A DNA stretch of 63,468 nt, the filler included, from Choristocarpus tenellus KU-1152 (taxonomy: Eukaryota; Protista; Phaeophyceae), in assembly GCA_964200185.2 (NCBI GenBank). It is 7 parts of 7 records of this genome, joined end to end, with 100 filler letters (N's around TTAATTAATTAA, not from the genome) between each part and the next. Parts side by side here need not be neighbours in the genome. Positions count along the whole stretch, not along the records: positions 52,233 to 57,882 come from CAXNAD020010135.1; positions 57,983 to 60,827 come from CAXNAD020024252.1; positions 60,928 to 63,468 come from CAXNAD020026921.1; 4 more parts are not named here. One strand, 5' to 3'. Under the pieces are notes generated by a model, which did not search any database, was not told the origin of the DNA, and saw nothing but the letters and a program-made list of their open reading frames with translations. The translations under genes and the position numbers were made by a program. Of the stretch, positions 52,860 through 63,468 are shown one piece after another. How positions within the stretch are numbered: position 1 is the first letter of the stretch; every line of letters starts with the position of its first letter.

Positions 52860-54331
52860 ACATAATAGCTGGAGCTCTACGAGCAGAGAGTGGTGGCTTA
52901 AAGACTATGCAAGAACATGACTTATTGACTGATATTGACACAAAATAGTTATCTCTTCAGGATGTATACGTGCTTTAATACTCCACAGAAGTAGGGAAAG
53001 GTGTCAGAGATATTCCAACTATTGTATATATATATATTCTGATATTGGTCTCTCAAATAGTTAATGAGATTACTACTACTGTGATTACTCCTCGGTTTGG
53101 TATTATAGTTCTCGTTGCCAAGAACGAGTGCCTGGACGTTTGCTATTATTTGATACAGTAATTTGTTGAATGTTAACCTGCAGACCGGAAAGAGTTGTGC
53201 TCCAACTATCTATGTATTGTATATTTATGTTCAACCTGTCAGTAAAGCTGGCAAGTAGAACAAAGCTGCTCAAGTAACCCTAACCCAAGTACACTCCAAA
53301 GAAAGCATTAACATTTATACTAATATCCAAACTGGTACTGTTGGTTTCTTCTGGTTTTCTCAGCGTCAGAAGTGAAGAAAATAGCACACAAAGCACATCT
53401 AACCTTAACCCTAACCCTGTCATATTCACGTTTTCTTCCTATCATGAGTGTTAACAGTTAGAAGTACAGTAATAATGGAGCAAATAGTGAAAGATGTACT
53501 TGCCTACAAAATACTGCATATTCTCAACTCGGAATTAAAATGTAAAATGACTTTTGCAAGCTCTGTTCTCGCCCAGGAATGACCCACGTGATAAACCCTA
53601 CGGACATGGATTAGTTCTTACATACATTGGGAGGCGTGTAAAGTTTGAGATGGTGGGCTCTCATGACTGTGGAGGACCATTAGTGCAAAGTTGACCGAGT
53701 TGCATTTGATGGGGTTCAAGAACCGCGTGAACTGTCAAAACAGGTGTTACTGGGATGTGTAGGACGAAGGCCCCCTGTCGTTCAAGAGCCACGCCCATCC
53801 CATAATCGCCCTTTAGTCCCAATTCTTCGGGTTCAGAAGTCTGTCTGGGGTCCATCCAGACTCTAACACCCCGATGAAGAACAGTGTGGTGGCGCAATGC
53901 CTGGGAAAAAGGGCATGAGACTTGGATGCCTTGGGGAAAGTGGCGGTCATTGCGGTGATCTACGGAATTTCCCTAATCACCCACTGTGTTCCGTCATCTG
54001 AAGGAATATGATAGCCAGATCGCACAGGGTGAATGCATGGACCTTGCACGATGTTGCAAGGGGCAATGTGACCACTGTATAAGCATCTTTGAATATTGGA
54101 ATGTCGCACCAGTACACCACACATCCTTGAGCAAGTGGGCGGTGAAACTGGGGGTCTCCAATGGAGTGTGGCTTGATGGGAAAATTAGGATCTGGTCAAT
54201 CGTGGACACTGAGGTCGCTTAGTGCTCCTGCAAACATCGCCCCAAAGGCACCAGAGTGCTTGTGCCAGCCACAGTCGACAGGCAGAGGTATAAGAAGTTC
54301 ATCATTGAGGATTATTCAAGGCTAGGTAGTC

Positions 54332-56600
54332 TGTGAGGTGTTATGTGTTTAATGACCATTACTATAAAACAGAAATATTTCCTGAATGCAGTATGTTGTA
54401 AGAACTTGTTTCTGTATTCCTAGAGTAAGAGATTCGAGCCTTAGAGAGTTGATATTTTGATTCTATTTAATGTAAGTGGCTGATGTAATGTAACTGTCAC
54501 GAACATATTTCGGACATGTTTGCTGACATACGCATTAGATAACAAGGGAGAGCACCCCCCCCCCACCTCGAGGTTAGTGCTCACTCTGCTAATAAATATA
54601 CCCATACAACATAATGAAAAGACTATTGGAATAGCTCTCTTTCTGCATAGGCTATGAGCCTTACACGATTCCCCTTTGCAGGGAAGTCTACCCTATAGGT
54701 TATGCTCATTGGTATGTAATCGGACCCCCGTATGCTGCAACTATGGAGTGGAACGCGGGGGCATACAAGGGAGAAGTAGGAAGAATGGCGGATGGTGCTG
54801 GTGAGCTATGCGGGAGGCAAGGGACTGTACTGCATCCTACAATCAGCGCACCGCATTCCTGCACCTCCCACAGCTGATACATCGTTCGAGGGATGCAGCG
54901 CGTACGAGGAGTACGTCAAGCCTCGCGAGGCCTTGTGGTTCCCGCTGGGACAGAACACAAGGGGGGCTGCAGCGATGGTGGTCAGCTCTCATGAGAATAA
55001 CAGCAGCCCTGATGAGAGGGCTGCCTAGCTCGATTTGGAGCTAATTTACGGAGGGCGCGCTACTATTCAGCGGCCCATGCAGCTCATTGCTCTTGAAATG
55101 AAGCTGCGAGATATGTACTGCTCGTCAGTGGAGGACACTGCAGATTTCGTCATTCGTCTCGATCATATCTGAACAAGAGTAGCACCTGGAGGCAGCCAAG
55201 ATCATGCCAAGAAAGGAGCTCCGATCATAGGCATCAGGGATAGCATGCCGCAGGTATTTGCACAGATGTGTCTGTGTGGAGGACGAGATCCCCATGCAGC
55301 TCAACAAAGGACTCACGAAAAAGGACGAGATCCCTGTGCAGCTCATCACAAGACCCGATATAAGCTACAGGAAGCTGAAACACAGGCAATAGTATCATCA
55401 TCGACATGGGATATGGTAAAATCAGTAAGGAGCAAGAACTGGAAGTCTAGGAGGAGGAGCAGTCGTCACAACGCTGGTCCCTGAAGGAGGGCGTGCCCAT
55501 CGATTGGAGACCCCAAGATTCTTGCTTACGGAATGAGAAAAGCAATTGCTGTACCTGCCACTAGGGGAGCAGGACATTAGCAGAAGCAGTTAACTAAGCC
55601 TCCATCAGAAAAGAAAGGAGGAGCCAACCTCGGGGAGCCTGGGAGCACTCTAGCCGCTGGGACCATAAACTCATGGAAGAGAAAACAGAAGGTCGGCGGA
55701 GGAGACGGCCAAGGTACAACTGGTCAACGTACGGACCATATCACAACAGGATCCCCTACCAGAGACGAGATCAAGACCTACAGAAGAAGTTTAAACTGTG
55801 GACTGATCAAGCATATTGGTCCTTGGTTCTTTCGAAGGAAGATGCTACAACTGTGGAGGTAAAGGAAACCTTCAGATCGTTTGTAACAATGGATGAAAGG
55901 AGCATTCATTGAAGGAGAGTTTTTGACATGGGGAAGAAATCCTGTCAAGACTAAGTTCTAATTTAAGACAAAGCCAACAGCTGAGGAGACCACTGAACAG
56001 TTCCAGGCCAGGTTGGTGGCACAGGACTTCGCTCAATAAGAGGATGTACAAAATATTCAATTATGATAGGCTTCAAGCCTGGGGGAGTGAGTGCTACGTC
56101 AACAAGAGAAACAATGATCAATGAGGGCCTGTTCAGGTATGGAGACTCAGACTGGGGGCAATGACCCTACATCAAGGCCGGACAACAGGGCATCACTATG
56201 CTGACACGTGTGGATCCCGCAGGAAGACAAGCTGGTGACCTCAGCACAAGTGACTTTCCAGCCTGAAGCCAAACTGCTGGAGCTAGTTGGGGAGCCAGAG
56301 CTGGACATACTGGGGGAGTCGGAGCTCAATGAAGACATGGACATGGACACAAAAGACGAAGAAGAGGCTTCCACTACTGGGAGTGAGGCAGACATGACTG
56401 GGGGTGAGAGCCAAAATATTGGGCGTGGGGCTCAAGATGCAAAGCACCCAGCATCCCCCCAGAGTCAAGACATTCCCAGGATGGGACAAAGACAGCACAT
56501 GGATAGGGCTGCACAGATGGCAGTCAAGCACCTGGTCCCACACTCTGAGCGACGGAAATCTGCCAAGTTGGAGCAGTGCCAGCGGGTGGCTTAAACATCA
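54332..56600 (+). mobile_element. Decayed Copia element (probable 5' LTR, gag, scrambled pol fragments)
   Basis: LTR-like segment ends CA at 54647, then PBS GGCTATGAGCC. 55260-55885 is homologous to 49085-49830. RT start FQARLVAQDFAQ, integrase C-terminal WGSECYV and WIP...VTF, RNase H YGDSDW. Confidence 0.82.
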
Positions 56601-56667
56601 CAACTATGCGACCAGGAAGTAGATGAAGAAACAGAAATGAACCACTTCGTATCAGAATCACACGATA

Positions 56668-57681
56668 CGTCATGTGGTGGGTGGATAGAGCAATACCAGT
56701 ACAAGAAGAGTATTTATCAAAAATGGAGATTTCCATGCAAACAACCTCTGAATGGAAATTGAAGAAAAAAACGGCCCCAGTTCTTCATAGAAGTAATGCC
56801 TACAACCTTTTGATTTTGTTATAAGGAATTGCGAATATCGAAAGATTGGAAAAGTGGAAGTAGCTCTTGAGTGAAACTATATCGGAGGGTGTGATTTTTG
56901 CCCTGTTTGTCCATTTGGGGCTTTGCTTCTCACGGGTTTTAAATGACATTCTACCTACTCCAAAATGTTTCGGAGTAGGTAAAATGCATACGATATGAAA
57001 ATGAGTGTCCAGAACGTGGATATTGACACTTCCAAACAAACACGATGGCCAAAATTACATCAAAATTGCCAAATTAGGTTTTGACCCCAAATGGACGCGG
57101 CTCTACCCTCTAAGATACTTTCACTCTCTTGTGAAAAATATGGTTTTATGAAGTCAGGATAAATCTATTGTCTTTTTCCTCCAACACACACCCGATGTGC
57201 ATTTGCTCCCAAAGGACGTCGATCGGCGCCATGTGGTGGGTGGATTGAGCAATACCAGTACAGGAAGAGTATTTATCAAAAATGGAGATTTCCATGCAAA
57301 CAACCTCTGAACGGAAATTGAAGAAAAAAACGGCCTCAGTTCTTCGTAGAAGTAATGCCTACAACCTTTTGATTTTGTTATAAGGAATTGCGAATATCGA
57401 CAGATTGGAAAAGTGGAAATAGCTCTTGTGAAAAATATGGTTTTATGAAGTCAAGATAAATCTATTGTCTTTTTCCTCCAACACGCACCCCATGCGCATT
57501 TGCTCCCAATGGATGTCGATCGGCGTCATGTGGTGGGTGGATTGAGCAATACAAGTACAGGAAGAGTATTTCTCAAAAATGGAGATTTCCATGCAAACCT
57601 CTGAATGGAAATTGAAGAAAAACGGCCTCAGTTCTTCATAGAAATAATGCCTACAACCTTTTGATTTCTTATAAGGAATTA
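56668..57681. repeat. ~297-bp tandem repeat, ~2.5 units
   Basis: CATGTGGTGGGTGGAT..AGCAATAC recurs at ~56671, ~57230 and ~57527; the first unit is lengthened by a MITE. Confidence 0.92.
56869..57126 (+). mobile_element. MITE family B inside a tandem repeat unit
   Basis: TSD TCTT; the empty site is present in the next repeat unit at ~57421-57440. Confidence 0.95.
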
Positions 57682-58020
57682 ACAGCGTATTCTCAAAACT
57701 GAGGATGGATTTTTTATTGAGGATGGGCTTGACCCAATATTGACCGGGAAAATTGTCGGTATGTTTTTTTTTGTAAATGTTGTGGCACTTTTTAAGGGCC
57801 CCTTTTTTTGAATGGGAATCCGTGCCGGGTGTGGTAGTAGTACAGTGTGTGGGGGGCGGCAATGATTTCGTTTGATCGCCGTNNNNNNNNNNNNNNNNNN
57901 NNNNNNNNNNNNNNNNNNNNNNNNNNTTAATTAATTAANNNNNNNNNNNNNNNNNNNNNNNNNNNNNNNNNNNNNNNNNNNNCTTTGTTTTTTTTCTCAT
58001 CATTTTTTTTTACTAAATAG

Positions 58021-58860
58021 CGGTCATATTGGGGTTCGAGCCCTGGATTGTAGGTCACCAAGAGTGGCAACAGATGCACTATTACTTGATTGAAGTATAG
58101 GGTTTAGGCGGGAAAAAAGCCTCCCCACCCTTCCAGTATGTTCGCCTACCCACTCTTTGACCTCGCCAAGGATGTCCTCGTCGAGGCCCAGGACGAAACG
58201 CCTCTCATAGCGCCCTTGCTCCGACACCTTTATGTGGCCCTTAGTTAGGGAGTCTCTCTCCCATTTACTCACAGTTTCCGGCCTGACCATCGCATATCCT
58301 CCTGCCATGTCGAGCGCCGTTTGACAGTCTTTCCCGTCGTTCATACACAGGTACAGGATTCGCAGTGTTAGAGTCTTAACTATCACATTTCCTAGTTGAA
58401 TGCCGAAAATGGGCGTTGTCCGTGTTTCCTGGACGGGTGATATTTCTTTTCATCAAGACACAAGGGCGAGGGAAGACAAGCTTGAGTTGATCGAAAATTG
58501 TGTTGATTGCTCGAATGAATGCAGGCTGGGAGAAAGCCTTAATCAACTTTATACGTCCAACCCAAAGTCCAGGAACAAAAGTGAATGTACGGCATCTTGC
58601 AAGAAGTGGGAGACACCAAACCATTGGTGTGCAAATAGTCTCAATCTCACCTCCTCTTCTTCCCTGGCGTCCTTGTCGATGGCTAGCTCTGCTTTGCGTC
58701 CTCTTCTAAGTAAAGGATTTAGTGGTATCGAAAAGTCTCCACAGCTTCCTTTGTCACGATTGCTTTCTCCTCCGCCTTGCGAGCCCTTTCGACCTTCTTT
58801 CAGACTTCAGATCCCTTGTAGCCCAACCCTAAAACCTTCTTTCTCGTTCCCTTAAGGCAC
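58021..58860 (-). mobile_element. Tc1/mariner-like transposase N-terminal (HTH) remnant
   Basis: ORF 58386-58024 VRPETVSKWERDSLTKGHIKVSEQGRYERRFVLGLDEDILGEVKEWV resembles the HTH region of IS630/Tc1-type transposases. Repeated at 34.6 kb. No DDE domain present. Confidence 0.5.
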
Positions 58861-59361
58861 TCTGACTCGCATAGCCTCCAAACAGCCAGGGCCTGCTGCA
58901 ACTGCCAACTACTAGGATATTCTACACCCGGGTTTTTGCTTAGGCGTTTCCTGAGCGCAATGGCACACAGTCGGCACTATTCTCCTCCCCAACCTTCCCT
59001 TCGGCTGGTCACTCTGGTTCTCTCTTCGCCTGCCGTGACCAGGCTTCCCCACCGACTTCGTCATTGTCCCACCTGGTGATGGACTCGTCGCTCTCTTCCT
59101 GGTTTCCCAAGGTGGCAGAGACTACAGAACAGTGCTGTTCCCAACAACATCAAGCACAGAAACTCTTGAGAATTATCAGGCCACTTGCCATTCACGGTCA
59201 CAAAGATATGACGTCACCCATCGGATCTGAGATCCCATTCAAACTTCTCCAAAGTATTGATGGCCGAGAGAGCTTTGAGTTTGCTGAAAGCACCCCACCG
59301 TGACACCATGGTGATTCTGAACACCCCCCACGACTGATTGGACCCTACCTCACGACAATAA

Positions 59362-59620
59362 GAGTGAAAGTATCTCAGAGGGTACGAATTTTGCCCTGTT
59401 TGTCCATTTGGGACTTGACTTCCCACGGTATTTTTATGACATTTTCCCACTCCAGAATGTTTCGGCGTAGGCAAAAAGTATACGATATGAAAACGCATGT
59501 CCGAAACATTGATATTGACACTCCCTAAACAAACACGATGACCAAAACTACATAAAAATCGTAACATTGGATTTTGACCCCCAGATGGACGCGGCTCTAC
59601 CCTCTAAGATGCTTTGGCTC
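59362..59620 (+). mobile_element. MITE family B
   Basis: Full length; TSD ATAA. Confidence 0.92.
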
Positions 59621-61373
59621 ATAAATGCCTTTCATTTACTTTGACTCGATCTATGACCATGTTCTATATCTTCTCTCCTGGTTGCCCCTTGTTACAACAC
59701 CCTTATGTGTGCTTGATTCTTGCACATCACTCGTCAGACAGTTCTTTGCGCTTCAACTGTAGAATTATATGCACTCAGCAGACGAAAGTGTTGCGACATT
59801 GCTGTTGAGAGATAATCCTATTGTGTACTCCTGTGCCTCACATTCAACTACATTATCAGGCTGCTACTGGTGACCTTCTGTGCGCACGATGGGACACTAC
59901 AGGTGCATGCTGTGTGGGTATAATTGGGGGGTGCTTCACCAGGGGAGAAAGAGGAGGGGAAGCTCCGCCAGGTAGTACCCATTCTAATCCACCAGCACCA
60001 AGAAGAAAGGAACAGCTATTGCATATGCCTGGACAAACCAGTGGAGAAAAAGAGGAGGGCGAGGGGGTCCACCTCTATGCAGTCAAAGTGCTTGAACAGC
60101 ACTTGTCGTAGGAATGGCACAAGGAAGGGGGGGCTGTGTGTGGGTTCTGTGATTGGAGGAAAGAGGAGGAGGAAGCTCCATTAGTTAGTCAGCAGCAATG
60201 CATGGTGCTCCAGTGACACCAGGAGGAAAGGTGGAGAGGACGGTTGTGCCTGGGTAGCAGGGATGTGTCATGATTGGGTAGAAGGTGGGCTGTGCCAGGG
60301 GGAGCCTGTGCCTATTTGTGGAAACTTTTGTTGTAAGCTAAAAGGTACACGTATGTGTAGAAGTAGGTACAGTGCGTAATTTCAGCCTTCTAAGTAATAA
60401 GGAATTCTCAAGATAAAATTAGGGCATCACAGACTGGGGCCCTGCCCGACAGTACAAAGACAAACAACATTTTGGGCTAACCATCTCCTCCATATAATAA
60501 AAAAAAATGTTGGACTACAGGAAGAAGGGAAAGTGTTACATGCGATATGTCTTGATGGCGGTTTCATAAACGTCATTATGACCTTGAAGTCCAAAATTTT
60601 ATATATTATATTAGTATGCCTTTCGACATTTTGCAGATGTGTCAGGGGAAAAAACAGTGAAAAACTATTCACATGTCAGAAAAATCCCTAATAAAAGAAG
60701 AGTTGTCATAAATATGTGAAAAACATCAATCTATTTACTATCTTTACTACCAGCTATGCGGGACCACTGCCTTCCTGTGCCTCCAACCTAGCTTAGTCCT
60801 GCACCCCAGGGTGAGGAGTTAGGGAAGNNNNNNNNNNNNNNNNNNNNNNNNNNNNNNNNNNNNNNNNNNNNTTAATTAATTAANNNNNNNNNNNNNNNNN
60901 NNNNNNNNNNNNNNNNNNNNNNNNNNNGGGGGTGTTGTTTGTGTCCCGGTTTCCCCTTCCCCCCCCCCCCCCCCCCCCTGCCCAAACCAATCACCAAATA
61001 CAAGGTAAACAACAATGAACATAAAAAAAGGACCTGTAACACGAAAGAGAAAAAATAATAAATTGGCCACTTACGCCTCCTATGTTCAGGGCACTGTTTT
61101 TTTTTGTGACATGCCCTCTCTCGTTTACCCCACTCAATTAACCTCTACCTGAGCACCCACCTCAATAAACACAGCCCTAAAATATATGCAACCTAAAATA
61201 CAAAGGCTGGGAAAAGAGCAAACGTCCAACAAGCAAAGCCAGGAAACGCACCCGACAAAATAATACATGCTCGCCAAAGCATACACGACGCCCACAACGC
61301 CTCCACAGTTATAACCCCCCCTCCACACACGCAAATGCGCGCGCGCGCGGCCATGCATGCCTTCCCCTTCTGC

Positions 61374-62407
61374 TCATGCCATAGTCTGGGGGAAACTTGA
61401 GGCAACTTCAGCTGGAATTTTGCAAAGTGGAAGTGGTTGGCACCCAATTCCTCTTCCTACTGCGGTCTCTTGTTCCCCCCCGGCCACGTGTTCACGAAGG
61501 TGGATTCCCACTCGGCCCCGACACGGCATCACCCCATCCCCAGCAATCATCATGCACGTGGATATTGTTCCGATAAATGCCTTCCAAGATGATTTCACTG
61601 CGGGTGGAAAGTTCTCGGGGCGGAGAACCTCCTCCAAAGCCTGCACAAGCGACTCCTCCAGGCTACGGTAGTATGATTCCTTTACCTGCGACCACGTGAT
61701 GCGATGTGATGTGTGTGCAAAGGTGTTATTTTCAAGGACCCCCGGCAATTGAGGAGTCACAATAAAGATAACAATAATGCGATACAATTAAAAAAAAGAA
61801 GACAAATGCACACGTCAATGCGCGTCGTTACCTAAACCATGCAATCCTAAATGTAACAATCACATACCACCAAAACACACTGCACCACCCCTTGTGGCCG
61901 TTAGGAGCAGGCGACACGTCACAGCTATAAAATTACAAAGGAATCGCTGCTGCACCGTTAGAACACAAAACAAGCAGTAAACAACAAATCAGTACATGTA
62001 TGAAAGAGTAGGGGGGGGGGGCATTTCGTATTGAAGCAGTACATCTTTTTTCGTACAACAAAACTAGAAAACCCCCCAGTAAGTACATACTATTACTACC
62101 ACTTACACAACTACTACAACAACTACCCCACTACTACTGTGTTGTATGGTAGCTGCAAACGTACCCCCCTGGTGAAGTGACTCTCTCCCAGTGGACGCAA
62201 CGTCTCTTCCAACAGGCTTGGGTTTTCGCAGTGCGAAATAATGGTGGACATCATCACTGAGAACACGTGGTGCTGCTGCTTCTGCTCCCATCCCAAGCAG
62301 CTCATCCTCCCCCCACCCCCTGCTTCGCCACCGCCACCGCCTTCAAACAGGGATGCCGCAAGAGGGTCCAAGAGCACAAACTTTCTGTACATGAGTAAGC
62401 ACACTTC
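61374..62407 (-). CDS. Globin-domain protein, 3' exons (helices B-H plus C-terminal tail)
   Basis: Exon 62407-62165 (MYRKFVLLDPLAASLF; QHHVFSVMMSTII; LRPLGESHFTRG with proximal His) splices in phase 0 to 61685-61374 (VKESYYRSLEESLVQALEEVL...SWKAFIGTISTCM). 3/3 globin pattern; 5' exon not identified. Confidence 0.85.
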
Positions 62408-63413
62408 CTGCACTCGCATGATAGGGATAAGGGGAAGGGGGGGTGATGGGGGAGGTGGGGGCAAGTGTAATTGTCTGTGCATGGATTAGAGATGAGATGG
62501 GGGATATGGAAGGGAAGGAGTGCCTTTTTGCCCTTGGTGCGCTCGAGCATCTCTGTTTTTTTATTCTCGATAATTTTCTTCATATAAAAAAAACATCTAA
62601 AAATGAGAAAAATAATGTAGGTAAGAGAGCTTTACTTGTTTTAAAAAGTAGACTCGTAAAAAAAAAGAAAGGGGGTTAACACGCGACAATAAATAATCAA
62701 GTAATTCAAGAGAAAAAATGGAAACAGTGAATGGGGGAGGCCGGTGAAGGTGTGTTCTGCTCGTAACTACACTACAATAAGAGTCCGATATAGTGGATTC
62801 ACTTCAATCGAGCGTATGAACTATTCATGTATCGTACTCAACTTCAATATATATTAATTTTAAAAATTGTACAAAAGTACTGATACAGTAACTAGGGTGC
62901 TAAAAACCAGAAAAGGTGTGAAATGCCAAACTCAATGTATCATACTCAACTTCAAAAATGTTTTTTACCATTTCTACGAAGTATCAATATAGTAACAAGG
63001 ATATGACAAAACAGGAAAGCCCCCCCCCCCCTACTTCTGCCGGAGGAGATGTTGCCCCTCAATGGCCAATGAAGTGCCTGCATGCAGGTGCCTCCTCTAC
63101 CCCTGGTTACACTGGAGGAGAAAAGGCCCTCAGTTATGGCAAAAGTCATCTTCTGATGGGAGCAAGGAGCCTGAAGTTATCGATGACCTTTCCCCCCTTC
63201 TCGCCATGACAGTATACAAGGCCGCAAATCAAGAAAGGGGATGTGGTTTGCCCCAACTCTACCCACTCCACCCACTCCACCAGTACTTCTGAGGACAAAG
63301 AAACATTTGTCATGGACCCTTCTGTAGGCCTGCACCCCTCTACGGTGAGCAGTCCTCTGGACACTGGCACCAGCTCAGCGCATTGCGGTTGAGATCATGG
63401 TTTGCCCCCCCCC

Positions 63414-63447
<34 letters not shown>

Positions 63448-63468
63448 CGGCCGCCCCCGGGCGTGTTG

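Noticed and set aside
53661-54300. Coding-like segment
   Set aside because: Stops in all frames and no recognisable motif.

Overview
Eukaryotic, intron-rich, repeat-dense DNA. It is seven separate contigs joined by an artificial N44-TTAATTAATTAA-N44 linker (contigs 1-10306, 10407-23332, 23433-38117, 38218-52132, 52233-57882, 57983-60827, 60928-63468), so adjacency across linkers means nothing. A signal peptide with an ASAFAP-type plastid motif, long GT-AG introns and interstitial (TAACCC)n suggest a photosynthetic stramenopile, possibly a brown alga or relative (inference). Spliced genes I could rebuild with consistent exon phases: part of a four-domain voltage-gated Ca2+/Na+ channel (DIII-S4 to DIV-S2), a WW-domain protein, a plastid-targeted protein with two IF2-N-like repeats, two ankyrin proteins, the 3' part of a globin, and a frameshifted ammonium-transporter fragment. 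Mobile DNA: three decayed or non-autonomous Ty1/Copia elements, two pieces of a Tc1/mariner-like element, and tandem arrays of 78 bp and ~297 bp. The most striking signal is 21 copies or fragments of three MITE families with unrelated interiors. They share a degenerate terminus G-R-S-Y-S-AAAGTA and carry either 3-bp or 4-bp target-site duplications. One 4-bp case is supported by a filled/empty site pair and one 3-bp case by reading-frame restoration. A MITE-riddled decayed ORF region at 38.2-44.05 kb ends in the same TIR and is a candidate parent element.
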